Assembly (NCBI GenBank): GCA_020054815.1
Contig: JAIHAN010000001.1
Location: 5,836-69,835, forward strand
Reading direction: 5' to 3'
DNA length: 64,000 nt
Origin: Peptococcaceae bacterium
Lineage (GTDB): Bacteria > Bacillota > Peptococcia > DRI-13
Notes under the pieces: generated by a model
Seen by the model: the letters and a program-made list of their open reading frames with translations, nothing else
Told to the model about the DNA's origin: nothing
Database searches by the model: none
Shown here: one piece after another, positions 19,249-29,519 of the stretch
How the letters are laid out: every line of letters begins with the position of its first letter
Position numbering within the stretch: the stretch's first letter is position 1
Made by a program: the position numbers and the translations under genes

Positions 19249-20055
19249 TTATCTTCGCCCCCAGTGATCAATCATCCTTAGAAAATGGTTTCTTTCAATC
19301 AACAGGCTTAACGAAATTTTTTCACTGACGATATGGATAACAATTAAGAAGATCACCAGGCCAAGCCTGACTATTGCCGGTGTATGTAAGAATAATATGC
19401 CCACCGTCATTCCCAGGGGGTTAGCCCCCGTATCACCCAGCATGGCTTTACCTTTTAAATCGTAATGAGCATAGGCAAAAACAATCCCGGTTACGGCAGC
19501 TGCCAACCAAAGTACCGAAATCCGTAAGAAAACGGCAACTGAGAAAAAAAAGAGGGTTCCTTTGAGGGCTCGCCCCGGCCTTAAATCCAGTAGGTTTATA
19601 AAATTTACGCTTAAAACGATTATAAGCCAGTTCAATACCGCGTAGAAGCCACTGTCACCGCGTACTAAGACTAGCCAGAAAGCGAGTACTCCTGTACCCA
19701 AAGCCTTTACAACGCCCGTACTCAATTTTTTCTCGCGCCAAAGAAAGAAAAAATGACCTTTTAAACCTTTTTGCCGGTTATCTCCCAGGAGATCGTCGAG
19801 CAAGCCCAGCAAGGTAACACCAAATATAGCGAATAAATAGACACTGATTTCAGGATTTTTTCCCATCCAGACCAAGGGGAGAGTAGAGAGGCACAAGACT
19901 ACAGGAATAATAATACCAGCAGCGGCCGGTATTATTTCCCCTTGCCAGTTTCTCTTTGTGGCACCGCCTCGCATCAATAATTCCAGAAAATAGGGGAAAA
20001 ACATTCTTGTTATCATAAAACTGGTTACTGCAACCAATAAAATCAATATGGTCAC
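19249..20055 (-). CDS. MraY/WecA-like polyprenyl-phosphate phosphoglycosyl transferase (GT4-type)
   Basis: GLLDDLLG, NFINLLDLRPGRA, MLGDTGAN; multi-TM. Confidence 0.8.
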   Translation of the reverse strand: MTILILLVAVTSFMITRMFFPYFLELLMRGGATKRNWQGEIIPAAAGIIIPVVLCLSTLPLVWMGKNPEISVYLFAIFGVTLLGLLDDLLGDNRQKGLKGHFFFLWREKKLSTGVVKALGTGVLAFWLVLVRGDSGFYAVLNWLIIVLSVNFINLLDLRPGRALKGTLFFFSVAVFLRISVLWLAAAVTGIVFAYAHYDLKGKAMLGDTGANPLGMTVGILFLHTPAIVRLGLVIFLIVIHIVSEKISLSLLIERNHFLRMIDHWGRR

Positions 20056-20717
20056 CTCAAAGCCCGGCAGGTTAAAGTTGAACAGATATCATACATTTGT
20101 TTTCCCCGGTGTTTAAATCCGGCCCAGTTGCGTCCCGGAGGTGAATGGGACATATCCGTATCAACCTCTAAGATCCGGTAACCTTTCCTGAGGGCATCTA
20201 TGGTCATCCCTACCTCCAGGCCAAACCGTGGGGAAAAAGGTAATAAATCCTTCACCATGTCTTTCCACATGGCACGCTGTCCCGAAAGTGGGGCACAAAC
20301 ATCCTGTCTCGTCAAGAGTTTTATCCCCCACTGGGCTGTTCTCTTGGCAAGGCCAAAACCCTTTCCACTTTTCCCAGGTTTAAATTTGGCTATGGTCATA
20401 TCGGCAATACCAGCCCTAAGGGGTTCGATTAAAAGTCCGGCTTCCTGTACGCTAAAGCCCAAATCTGCATCTAGGAACATAATAATGTCTCCCGAAACAT
20501 AAGCTAAACCAGACATGAGCGCATACCCTTTGCCCCTGTTTTTGGGTAAGCGCAGTAGGTTTACTCCCCATTTGCAGGCAATCAGGGATGTTCTATCCCG
20601 GGAACCGTCATCTACCAGCAGTATTTCTTCAAGACCCTGCATTTTCGTTAAAGCTTCCAGGGTTAGAGAGAGACTCCCCTCCTCGTTATAGGCGGGAATA
20701 AGCACTGAAACGGACAA
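20052..20717 (-). CDS. Glycosyltransferase family 2
   Basis: LIPAYNEE, VDDGSRD, NRGKG, FLDADL, PLSGQRA. Confidence 0.88.
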   Translation of the reverse strand: MSVSVLIPAYNEEGSLSLTLEALTKMQGLEEILLVDDGSRDRTSLIACKWGVNLLRLPKNRGKGYALMSGLAYVSGDIIMFLDADLGFSVQEAGLLIEPLRAGIADMTIAKFKPGKSGKGFGLAKRTAQWGIKLLTRQDVCAPLSGQRAMWKDMVKDLLPFSPRFGLEVGMTIDALRKGYRILEVDTDMSHSPPGRNWAGFKHRGKQMYDICSTLTCRALR

Positions 20718-20733
20718 ATAACCCTACCTCCTT

Positions 20734-21498
20734 TTACTGGTTAAATGCCGGCAAGAGAAAATCAGCCGTGGCTTTAATTTCATAGTGCCCGTGATAACCT
20801 GCCATGGCCAGGATGAGAGCAATTTGTCCCGGTACTGTGTTGATATCATCAACTGTTGATACTGTAAACTCCTTGTATAAACGATCATTTACAGGATAAC
20901 CCGTACTACCTTTTACCACATACACGGGTATACCCTGTCCCTGTAACTTCTGGAGTAAAATTTCTTCAATTCTCTGCGCTAATGTAAGATTAATACCGGC
21001 TGGATTCAAATAACCGTGAGTGATAAGAACACAATCCACTCTATCTCCCGTCCCTCCCAGAGCGCAGACTAAATCATCGATTCTTTCACTATCTGCATAA
21101 AGGTCTGGGGAAAATTTGGTATAAGAAATAATCTCCGCACCGGCAATTTTAAGATTATAGAAAAACTGTTGGGGTATTTCCAGGTCACCATTTTGGATAA
21201 TGGCGATCCGCTTAGCCGGCAGCTTATCTTTAAGCACGTAGGGAATGGATTCCTCCGCATAACGTTTATAAAGCTGGGCTGTTTCCTGTATGGCTGTCAA
21301 CTGTTCCTGGTATTTTTTAGCCTCATTTTTTAAGGCTTCATAATCACCCTCAAGCTTACTCACCATGCTTTCCTGCTGCTCAACTATCTCCGCTACCAGG
21401 CTTTCGCCCACAATAGTACTACCGATAAAGATGCCCAAACCAAGCGCAAGAAAAACGGCAACCAGAGAGGCTACATGATATCTGATGTCAATAATCAC
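20734..21498 (-). CDS. steB: SteB/MctB-like membrane protein (DUF3186)
   Basis: IDIRYHVASLVAVFLALGLGIFIG N-terminus, coiled coil, STVDDI..VPGQ; follows steA. Confidence 0.75.
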   Translation of the reverse strand: MIIDIRYHVASLVAVFLALGLGIFIGSTIVGESLVAEIVEQQESMVSKLEGDYEALKNEAKKYQEQLTAIQETAQLYKRYAEESIPYVLKDKLPAKRIAIIQNGDLEIPQQFFYNLKIAGAEIISYTKFSPDLYADSERIDDLVCALGGTGDRVDCVLITHGYLNPAGINLTLAQRIEEILLQKLQGQGIPVYVVKGSTGYPVNDRLYKEFTVSTVDDINTVPGQIALILAMAGYHGHYEIKATADFLLPAFNQ

Positions 21499-21510
21499 AT
21501 TAATTCCTCC

Positions 21511-22632
21511 CTAGATTCCTAATAAAAATCTGAACTTAAGCAAAAGGAGCCGTCCATATTGCGAGAGGGCCGTTGATACTGAGGCTATAATGAGAAAAGG
21601 AATAAAACTTGCTGCTACTACCTGTAAAACATGTCTAAAACCAACACTCTTACCATAAAGCTTACTGACTCCTTTAGCATCCACCAGGACGCTGCCTACT
21701 TTCATACGGGTTAAAAGTGTACTGGCCATCCCTCTTCTTCCCTTTTCCAGGAAGTCAATCATATTGGAGTGGGTACCTACCGCCACAATAAGTTCTGTCC
21801 CCGCTTCATAGGCCAGAAGCATGGCTGCATCCTCACTGGTTCCCGGTGCAGGAAGAATGGTTGCCGGTAAATTCATCTTTTTGATACGCTCATATCCCGG
21901 AGCCCGGCCATTGGGGTAGGCATGGACAATAATCTCCGCACCACAGTTGAGGGTGGCATCACTGATACTGTCCATATCACCGATGATTAAATCTGGTTTA
22001 TAACCGCATTCGATTAACGCATCAGCACCCCCATCCACACCTACTAGGACAGGTCTCACTTCATCAATATAAGACTTAATGGCCAACAAATCTTCACGAT
22101 AGGTTTTCCCCCTGATGACAATGAGTGTATGCCTGTTCTTAAATTTTGTTTTAAGGGAACAGGGAACAATAAGATTTTTTAAGATCAGGTCCTGCTCCAT
22201 CCGGGCATATTCCAAAGTATTATCCACAAACTTTTCTAGAACATGGTCAATATTGGTCCTGCTTAATTCCATCATTCTCGTAATAGTTTCTTTTGTCTGC
22301 CTGACACCGATGGCGTACAATTCCCCATTCACAAATATCCTGTTCTGCTCTATTTCCACAATCTCATCATCTTGTAAAGAAAGAATATGCGAACCCACGT
22401 TATCAATAAGAGGGATGTTATGGTTAAGGAGGGCCAAAGGCCCCAGGTTAGGATACTTGCCGGTAATGGAAGGTTTGGCATTAATGACTGCTTTAACCCT
22501 GGCCTTGATAAGCGAAAGGGCAGCCACCTCATCTAAGTCGGCATGATCGATGATGGCAATTTCATAAGGTTGTATTCTTTTAACAAGGTTTTTGGTTTTC
22601 CGGTCTACTTTTATTTTTCCTTTAAGTGTCAT
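21511..22632 (-). CDS. steA: Putative cytokinetic ring protein SteA (thiamine pyrophosphokinase-like domain)
   Basis: DRKTKNLVKR, GKYPNLGP, VGVDGGADAL, IGDMDSI, HAYPNG, FLEKGRRGMAST; C-terminal TM. Confidence 0.85.
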   Translation of the reverse strand: MTLKGKIKVDRKTKNLVKRIQPYEIAIIDHADLDEVAALSLIKARVKAVINAKPSITGKYPNLGPLALLNHNIPLIDNVGSHILSLQDDEIVEIEQNRIFVNGELYAIGVRQTKETITRMMELSRTNIDHVLEKFVDNTLEYARMEQDLILKNLIVPCSLKTKFKNRHTLIVIRGKTYREDLLAIKSYIDEVRPVLVGVDGGADALIECGYKPDLIIGDMDSISDATLNCGAEIIVHAYPNGRAPGYERIKKMNLPATILPAPGTSEDAAMLLAYEAGTELIVAVGTHSNMIDFLEKGRRGMASTLLTRMKVGSVLVDAKGVSKLYGKSVGFRHVLQVVAASFIPFLIIASVSTALSQYGRLLLLKFRFLLGI

Positions 22633-22728
22633 TTTACTGGTTATTTCCCTATATCACTCTTTGTTTTTATTATGTGCCCCCTTGACTTAAAATTTCCCCT
22701 GTCAACCCTGGTAATAGTAGACAAAAGA

Positions 22729-22758
22729 AAAAAAGCCACCTAAATAAAAGGTGGCTTG
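22729..22758 (-). terminator. Intrinsic terminator after spo0A
   Basis: AAGCCACCT...AGGTGGCTT followed by a U-tract on the - strand. Confidence 0.7.
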
Positions 22759-22770
22759 TAGTAAAATTTT

Positions 22771-23559
22771 TTAACTGACTTTGGTGCCTATGCGCAGTTT
22801 GTCAGCAACCATGGCGATAAATTCTGAATTAGTGGGCTTCCCGCGCTGGAGGTTAATGGTATAGCCGAAAAATTTATTCATCATTTCTACGTTGCCACGA
22901 TCCCAGGCAAGTTCAATGGCGTGCCTGATGGCTCTTTCCACACGGCTTGGTGTGGTTTGGTATTTTTCCGCAATCATGGGATACAATTCCTTAGTAACAG
23001 CCCCAAGGAGATTAACCTCATTGATCACCAGTAAGATGGCATCCCTAAGGTATTGATAACCTTTAATATGGGCGGGGACACCCATCTGGTGGATAATATT
23101 CGTAACTTCCACATCCATGCTTCTTGTTCTCACCGGTGGCTGGTAAGGTGCAGGTGTACTGGGCTTATTGGTAGCCGTATAACCGGTGCCTAACTGGCGT
23201 ACCCTGTTGGCTAAGGTATCCAAATCAAAGGGTTTCAGTATAAAGTAATCGGCTCCCAATTCTACCGCTCTTTGGGTCATAGACTCCTGACCGAAAGCCG
23301 TCAGCATAATTACTTTCGGTTTATGACCGAAATCAGATTGATTCATTTTCTCCAGAACCCCTATGCCATCTAAATGGGGCATTATTATATCCAGAACCAT
23401 TACGTCCGGATTCTTGCTGTTCATTAAATCCAGGGCTTCCAGCCCATTGTAGGCCACGCCTACAACAACCATATCGTCTTGTTTTTGAAAATAATCGCTT
23501 AAAATGTCTACGAAATCCTTATTATCGTCTGCAATTAAGAGCTTAGTCATTTTATGCAT
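22771..23559 (-). CDS. spo0A: Sporulation master regulator Spo0A
   Basis: Receiver [10 protein letters not shown]; C-domain [34 protein letters not shown]; start reassigned to ATG 23559 (AGGAGGGG RBS). Confidence 0.97.
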   Translation of the reverse strand: MHKMTKLLIADDNKDFVDILSDYFQKQDDMVVVGVAYNGLEALDLMNSKNPDVMVLDIIMPHLDGIGVLEKMNQSDFGHKPKVIMLTAFGQESMTQRAVELGADYFILKPFDLDTLANRVRQLGTGYTATNKPSTPAPYQPPVRTRSMDVEVTNIIHQMGVPAHIKGYQYLRDAILLVINEVNLLGAVTKELYPMIAEKYQTTPSRVERAIRHAIELAWDRGNVEMMNKFFGYTINLQRGKPTNSEFIAMVADKLRIGTKVS

Positions 23560-23601
23560 TTTTTCCCCTCCTGAAAATCTAAAGTTCTTATTGTAATATG
23601 C

Positions 23602-23629
23602 ATTCGACAAATTGGATAATATATCCTGC
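23602..23629 (-). promoter_or_regulatory. Sigma-H promoter of spo0A with overlapping 0A box
   Basis: GCAGGA-N18-GAAT; TGTCGAA at 23603-23609. Confidence 0.75.
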
Positions 23630-23788
23630 AATATACTTCCAATTAACTGCAAATGTTAGCAAATTATTTTTCCCTAAATGTCGGGTTAAAATCTAAGAAT
23701 GCCTAATAATTAAGACACAATCCACTATTTTTTTACAAAATAATATGTAATTTGCAACCTCTGTTAGTATTATACTCTAAATTCTCAA

Positions 23789-25165
23789 CTATATAAATTG
23801 GTAAAAAAGAAAGATATTTCGTAAAAAACCTTGAGGCCTATGCCCCAAGGTTTTTTGCTGCTCTTGTAAAATACCGGCTTCAAAAAGCATATTTTCGATA
23901 AACACACCGTAACCTCTCGTAGGATCATTGACAAAAACATGGGTAACGGCACCAACTATTTTACCGTCTTGAAGAATAGGGCTGCCGCTCATTCCCTGGA
24001 CGATACCGCCTGTATGATTTAGCAATTTTTCGTCAACAATACGAATAATCATATTCTTTCCATCAGCTCGTCCTGGCATAATTTTCTCAATCAAAATATT
24101 GAACTGTTCTATCTCTTGACCCTTCACTACCGTCAGAATCTGGGCGTTTCCGGTGTGAATCTGGTTGGAATAAGCTGTGGGTAACGGGTCTTTGTATAAA
24201 GGATTGAATATGTCTTTACTCATAATACCGTATATTCCGCAGTTTTCGTTTTTTTCGATGTTTCCAAATTCGGTATTTTCAAGAAAGACACCAACTTTTT
24301 CTCCCGGTACACCACGTTTGCCCATTTGGATATCTTCAATGGAGGCACTTAAAATTTTTCCCTGACGAATATTTAATTTTTGGCTTGTTTCCCCATCCGT
24401 AATGACATGCCCCAGGGCACCGTATTTTTTCGTTACCGGATCGAAGAAAGTTAGAGTTCCTACACCACCGGCATTGTCCCTGACAAATAAGCCAATACGA
24501 TAAGATTTTGTATCCGTACAATACTGAGGATAAACGACCCGCTTATATAGTTTACCGTTTCTTTTAATTACAATGGTAGCCGCCTGTTTCTGCTGTCCGA
24601 TTTTATTAATGAGTGTACCTACCTGATCATCCGTCATTACCTTTATACCTTCGATTTCCAAGATAATATCTCCCACTTCGATATCGGCCTCTTTGGCGGG
24701 AAGCCGGGGTTCAGAGCTCTCATTTAGTACGGGAGAATGCCCTACAACCATTACCCCTTCGGTTCTAAGCAGTACACCAATGGAATGTCCGCCAGGCACT
24801 AAAGTAAGATTGGGTAACACATCAACATTAATTTTCTTTAAAGGGATAAAACCAAAAAGCCTTAATTCCAGACTGACTTTTCCGGGTTTAGTGACAACTG
24901 GTTTGTCGGAACCTAAAATGTAACTGCTTTTTTCTAATAATTCCCCACCTTTGAGTTTAAGAAGTTTCTCTTCATCTTTCACCCTAACATCTATGGTATT
25001 GAGAATGGTTAGGGGAAATTTCAGTGGCAGCTCCAGGGTTTCTCCCACAGCTATCAGTTGTTTATCTTGCAGTGAAAAAAAGCTTTGAGCTTGTGGTGTA
25101 AAAGAACTTGCCACTACTAATATTGACAAGAAAACTCCCAGGATTTGCCTCTTTTTTTGCAGCAT
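23789..25165 (-). CDS. spoIVB: SpoIVB serine peptidase (PDZ + S55)
   Basis: PGGHSIG, GVGTLTF, GALGH, GGIVQGMSGSPI, GAVTHVFVNDP. Confidence 0.95.
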   Translation of the reverse strand: MLQKKRQILGVFLSILVVASSFTPQAQSFFSLQDKQLIAVGETLELPLKFPLTILNTIDVRVKDEEKLLKLKGGELLEKSSYILGSDKPVVTKPGKVSLELRLFGFIPLKKINVDVLPNLTLVPGGHSIGVLLRTEGVMVVGHSPVLNESSEPRLPAKEADIEVGDIILEIEGIKVMTDDQVGTLINKIGQQKQAATIVIKRNGKLYKRVVYPQYCTDTKSYRIGLFVRDNAGGVGTLTFFDPVTKKYGALGHVITDGETSQKLNIRQGKILSASIEDIQMGKRGVPGEKVGVFLENTEFGNIEKNENCGIYGIMSKDIFNPLYKDPLPTAYSNQIHTGNAQILTVVKGQEIEQFNILIEKIMPGRADGKNMIIRIVDEKLLNHTGGIVQGMSGSPILQDGKIVGAVTHVFVNDPTRGYGVFIENMLFEAGILQEQQKTLGHRPQGFLRNIFLFYQFI

Positions 25166-25224
25166 ACTTTATCCTCCTTATGCCGGCAAATCCTTCCTCT
25201 CTCATCTTAAGTTTTTGATGATTT

Positions 25225-25254
25225 TAAAGTGTCCTGAGATGAATTCTTTTATGT
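25225..25254 (-). promoter_or_regulatory. Sigma-F/G-like promoter of spoIVB
   Basis: ACATA-N15-GGACACTTTA. Confidence 0.5.
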
Positions 25255-25384
25255 TTGGCAGCTTAGCAAAAAAGGTGGTGTTTGTGTTTAAATCCACCAT
25301 TACGCATAAAAGATGTTAGGTATAAGGGAAAAAACGCAAAATAAATAAAGCTCCCGGAAAAGGAGCTTGTAAAAAATACCAATT

Positions 25385-27061
25385 CTATCTTTTTTTCAAG
25401 ATTTGTGAAGCATGCTTCCGTAAATCGGCTGTCTGCTTATCCCCACCTAACATACGGGAAATCTCATCAACTCTTTCCAATTCACCTAATATTTTAACCG
25501 TCGTTCTCGTCCTGCCTCCTTCCACCTTCTTTTCTAAAAAGAGGTGGTGATCGGCTAAAGCAGCAATAAGAGGCGAATGGGTTACACAGATAACCTGCTG
25601 GCTTTTGCTGATTTTTTCCAACTTTTCGGCAACTTTCTGGGCAGCCTTCCCGCCTATCCCTGAATCTATTTCATCAAAAATGAGTGTCCCCACGTCATCC
25701 AAATCGGCCGTAATGGTCTTCAGGGCCAGCATGATGCGGGAAAGTTCCCCTCCAGAGGCGATTTTGGCAACGGGTAAGAGCGGTTCTCCCGGGTTGGGTG
25801 AGATATAGAACTCGATCTTTTCCATACCCAGGGGTGCAGGTTCGCCGGGTAAGAAAGTCACTGAAAAATTTGCATGGGGCATGGCTAATTCTTTTAGTTC
25901 CCTGATGACTTTCTCTTCCAACTCTAAAGCTAATTTTTTTCTGGCCGTAGACAGTTCCAGCGCCGCACACTCATAAGTCTTCCAGGCGGAGGTAACCGAG
26001 CCTTCCAGTTCCAGAGCCCTCTCTTCGCTCTCCATCCAGGTCTTCAATTCTCGTTCAGCTTTTTCTGCATAGGCAATCACATCTTCCAGAGAAGGACCGT
26101 ATTTTTTCGTAAGATCTTTGAGGTATTGGAGGCGCTTTTCCACCTGTTCTAATCTGGCAGGTGAAAATTCAATGTTTTCCCGGTAATTGCGCAGTTCACC
26201 GGCAACTTCCTCAATAACATACAAGCATGGCTCCAATTGATTGAGCAAATTTTCTAAAACAGGGTCCAGCCGGTTGATCTCTTGTAAATTATTTAAAGCT
26301 TTACTTAAAAGATCATAGGCTGATTGTCCTCTTTCACCGCTAAAAAGCTGGTTATATGCTAAATTAACGTAGTTGGCGATTTTCTCCGCATTAGCTAAAA
26401 GATTGGCTTCGCGTGCCAGTTCCGTGTCTTCACCGGGTTTTAGCCTGGCCTCTTTTATTTCATTAATCTGATAGGTGAGAAAATCTATTTTCTGCAGGCG
26501 CTCATGTTCTTTTTCCCGTAAATAGAATAATTCTTTCTTTAGCGACAGCCATGTTTCATATTTTTCCCGGACATCTTTCACCAGTTGCAGGTGCTCGGCC
26601 CCCCCGAGATTGTCCAGGATAAAAAGATGTTTTTCCGGCTGCAGCAGGGATTGATGGTCGTGCTGGCCATGAATATCGATAAGACCGGTGCCAATCAGCC
26701 GATAGTTTCCCAATGTTACGATTCTTCCGTTTACACGACAGGTGTTTTTACCGTTGAGGGAGATTTCTCGTGATAAAACCAGGTAATCCTCCTCTGCCTC
26801 AATCCCTAACTCACTAAGTATCCCGTATGCCGGATGATGAGGAGGTAAAGAAAAAATACCCTCGATAAGGCACTTCTCTGCACCTGTTCGGACCATCTCT
26901 GTTTGAGCCCGTCCTCCCAAAAGGATAGTTACGGCATCGATGATAATAGATTTACCTGCCCCCGTTTCTCCCGTAAGAACATTAAAATCAGGGGCATAAT
27001 CAATTTGCACCTCTTCAATAAGGGCAAAGTTCTTTATCAGTATACTCTGCAGCATACACAA
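25385..27061 (-). CDS. recN: DNA repair protein RecN
   Basis: LTGETGAGKS, HGQHD, ASGGELSR, IFDEID. Confidence 0.96.
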   Translation of the reverse strand: MCMLQSILIKNFALIEEVQIDYAPDFNVLTGETGAGKSIIIDAVTILLGGRAQTEMVRTGAEKCLIEGIFSLPPHHPAYGILSELGIEAEEDYLVLSREISLNGKNTCRVNGRIVTLGNYRLIGTGLIDIHGQHDHQSLLQPEKHLFILDNLGGAEHLQLVKDVREKYETWLSLKKELFYLREKEHERLQKIDFLTYQINEIKEARLKPGEDTELAREANLLANAEKIANYVNLAYNQLFSGERGQSAYDLLSKALNNLQEINRLDPVLENLLNQLEPCLYVIEEVAGELRNYRENIEFSPARLEQVEKRLQYLKDLTKKYGPSLEDVIAYAEKAERELKTWMESEERALELEGSVTSAWKTYECAALELSTARKKLALELEEKVIRELKELAMPHANFSVTFLPGEPAPLGMEKIEFYISPNPGEPLLPVAKIASGGELSRIMLALKTITADLDDVGTLIFDEIDSGIGGKAAQKVAEKLEKISKSQQVICVTHSPLIAALADHHLFLEKKVEGGRTRTTVKILGELERVDEISRMLGGDKQTADLRKHASQILKKR

Positions 27062-27065
27062 ACAC

Positions 27066-27518
27066 CTACTCCATTAATTCTCTTATTTTTTGCATAAGAG
27101 CCGGGACTGCAGCGGCGGGCTTAACCACAAGAAGAATGGTATCATCACCCGCCACAGTACCAATGACTTCCTTCCAGTTGGCAGCATCTATGAGGGAGGC
27201 TACACCATGGGCATTACCGGGATATGTTCGTAATACCACGATATTTTCACTATAATCCATGCCAGTAACCAGTTCCTGCATCATCCGCCTTAAGCGGTCT
27301 TCGTTTTGCACAATTCCTTGCTCGTTAGGAACCCCATATTTATAGCTGTTCTGGCCTATGGGAATTTTGACCAGCCGAAGTTCTTTAATATCCCGGGAAA
27401 CGGTGGCCTGGGTAACTTCAAAACCTTTATTGCGTAGAGCTTCGGCCAACTCCTCCTGGGTAGAGATAATGTTGTTTTGAATGATCTCGATAATTTTTTT
27501 CTGCCTGCGTGTCTTCAA
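27066..27518 (-). CDS. argR: Arginine repressor
   Basis: TQEEL, TQATVSRDIKEL, GTVAGDDT. Confidence 0.95.
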   Translation of the reverse strand: MKTRRQKKIIEIIQNNIISTQEELAEALRNKGFEVTQATVSRDIKELRLVKIPIGQNSYKYGVPNEQGIVQNEDRLRRMMQELVTGMDYSENIVVLRTYPGNAHGVASLIDAANWKEVIGTVAGDDTILLVVKPAAAVPALMQKIRELME

Positions 27519-27531
27519 AAGGATTCCTCCT

Positions 27532-28101
27532 CTACTTATCCCTTTTATAGAGCACTATCAAATAAGGTCCCCTCTGTGTTCCATTTATTTTCTGCCATTT
27601 TAGCACGTGCCAGGGCGGAGAAGTAAGGCTTTTTACGAAATTCTCGACTTCCTCTGCTTCAGACAAACCACCGGGATGACCACTATAGACCATAAGGGAA
27701 ATGACGCCTTCTTTACTCAACAAATGAGTAGCCTGTTCCAGGGAACTTATAGTGGTTGTCCCTTGGGTAATGATACTTTTATCCCCGCCTGGCAGGTAAC
27801 CTAAATTATACATGACACAACGTACCTGCTCTTTAACATATTTACCTATGTTTTCATGTCCATCATGTATTAATTCTACCTGTGCCAAACAACCGTTCTC
27901 TTCCAGGAGGCTCCCCGTTTTCCTCAGGGCCTCCTCCTGTATATCAAAAGCATATACCTTTCCCCGTATTCCTACCAGCTTGGCTAGAAACAGGGTATCA
28001 TGACCGTTGCCGGCAGTGGCATCCACGACAACATCGCCTTCCCTGATCATCTCGCTTAAAAGCATATGGGCCACGACTGTGGCACGTAGTAATTTACTCA
28101 T
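27532..28101 (-). CDS. SAM-dependent methyltransferase, YtqB/MnmM-like
   Basis: VDATAGNGHDT, FDIQ, YNLGYLPGGDK, YSGHPGG. Confidence 0.85.
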   Translation of the reverse strand: MSKLLRATVVAHMLLSEMIREGDVVVDATAGNGHDTLFLAKLVGIRGKVYAFDIQEEALRKTGSLLEENGCLAQVELIHDGHENIGKYVKEQVRCVMYNLGYLPGGDKSIITQGTTTISSLEQATHLLSKEGVISLMVYSGHPGGLSEAEEVENFVKSLTSPPWHVLKWQKINGTQRGPYLIVLYKRDK

Positions 28102-28963
28102 AAAAACTTCGTCCTTCGGCTTTTAGTTTTTCCCGTAAGATGGAGAAAAAGCTTTGCCCCTTAATCCTGATTAAGCGTGTGATAAAAGGAGCCTTACTGA
28201 CAAAGATTTCATCACCGCTAAAAAGTTCAAAACTGCTTTGCCCGTCGATGGTGAGCATAGAGTCGGGCTGCTGGTTCATGACCACAACCCTGGTGGTTTT
28301 TTGGGCGGGAATCACCAGGGGCCTGGCGTGTAAGGTGTGGGGACAAATGGGTGTTAAGAGCGTAACCTCTATTTCCGGGTAAACAATAGGTCCTCCCGCC
28401 GAAAGGGAATAGGCAGTGGACCCCGTAGGGGAAGCCAGTATAACCCCGTCGGCCGTATAGGTAGTAACAAACTCCTGGTCTACAAAAATATCCAGGGTAA
28501 TCAAACGCGCCATGGGGCCTTTATTGATCACTACATCATTAAGCCCAATATAGGCAGCTACAGGCTGCTGTCCACGCGTTACCTTAGCCTCAAGCATCAT
28601 GCGGTCCTCTATGTAAAAATCGCCTTGTAATAACCGGGTCAAAGCTGTTTCAACTTCACTCAGTTCAATTTCCGTGAGAAACCCTAGAGTCCCCATATTG
28701 ATGCCCAGGATAGGAACACCATAAGGAGCTATCATCCGTGCAGCTCTTAAAAAGGTACCGTCTCCACCAATGACAATGACACACTGAACTAGCTTCCCCC
28801 AGTGAGACGCATTGCCGTGCCCATTAAGGCCTAACATCCTGCTGTCTTCCTCCGGGGCATAGACAGCAATCCCTCTTTCTTTAAACCATTGTAAGAGCTG
28901 TTTGGCCAGGGAGACAGGCTGTTTTTTGCGCGTATTTAAAACAAAGCCGACGGCTGAGAGCAT
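28094..28963 (-). CDS. nadK: NAD kinase
   Basis: GGDGTFL, GINMGTLGFL, NDVV, DG...TGSTAYSLSAGGP; start reassigned to ATG 28963 (GGAGGA RBS). Confidence 0.95.
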   Translation of the reverse strand: MLSAVGFVLNTRKKQPVSLAKQLLQWFKERGIAVYAPEEDSRMLGLNGHGNASHWGKLVQCVIVIGGDGTFLRAARMIAPYGVPILGINMGTLGFLTEIELSEVETALTRLLQGDFYIEDRMMLEAKVTRGQQPVAAYIGLNDVVINKGPMARLITLDIFVDQEFVTTYTADGVILASPTGSTAYSLSAGGPIVYPEIEVTLLTPICPHTLHARPLVIPAQKTTRVVVMNQQPDSMLTIDGQSSFELFSGDEIFVSKAPFITRLIRIKGQSFFSILREKLKAEGRSFYE

Positions 28964-28967
28964 AAGA

Positions 28968-29495
28968 TTATCCTCCAATGATATATTTATACAGGACAAA
29001 ACCACAGGCAAAACCAAATAAAGCAGTAAGCAAAAGGTGCGGGATATATCCGTATCGCTCAAAAGCCCCACCGGTAGCAAATGATATTTCATGAAGCTTT
29101 TTGTGTTCCATATCCAAAAGCAGTATACCGGAAGTCCGGTAAGCCAGGTAATATTCCAAAAGCTGCCGTCTGGTCTCCGCCAGGGTTGGTTTTATGGCAT
29201 ACTTGCCGGTTTTTACTTCAGCTACATAACTTTTACCATTTTTCTTTACCAGAAAATCTACTTTAAGCGTATTGGTATAGGGTGTGCCGTCAACCCACGT
29301 GGTGATGATTTTTTTCTCCTGAATGCCGGTGATTGCATAACCCCGCTCCTCTAAATATTTGGCAGCGGCCAGTTCTCCCTTCCTTGCTTTCTTTAATCTT
29401 AGCTTAAGAATGAACCTTTTATACAACTTGTTAAAATAAAATATAGCAAAACCACCCAGGAGTATTCCTAAAATAAAAATATCGGATTGGTTCAT
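28968..29495 (-). CDS. Membrane-anchored PD-(D/E)xK nuclease-like protein
   Basis: N- and C-terminal TM helices; GELAAAKYLEERGY...VDFLV...VAEVKTG...RQLLEY; start at ATG 29495. Confidence 0.7.
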   Translation of the reverse strand: MNQSDIFILGILLGGFAIFYFNKLYKRFILKLRLKKARKGELAAAKYLEERGYAITGIQEKKIITTWVDGTPYTNTLKVDFLVKKNGKSYVAEVKTGKYAIKPTLAETRRQLLEYYLAYRTSGILLLDMEHKKLHEISFATGGAFERYGYIPHLLLTALFGFACGFVLYKYIIGG

Positions 29496-29519
29496 GTTTT
29501 CTACACCCTCTTTTCTCCT

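Noticed and set aside
23560-23652. N-terminal extensions in the ORF track for spo0A (also nadK, nusB, dxs, pilC, nfnB, endoQ)
   Set aside because: Downstream starts have better RBSs and match family lengths. The extensions overlap promoters, repeats or adjacent genes.
23824-23856. Hairpin inside the spoIVB 3' end as a novel element
   Set aside because: Looks like an ordinary intrinsic terminator (AAAAAACCTTG..CAAGGTTTTTT) that the ORF tail reads through.
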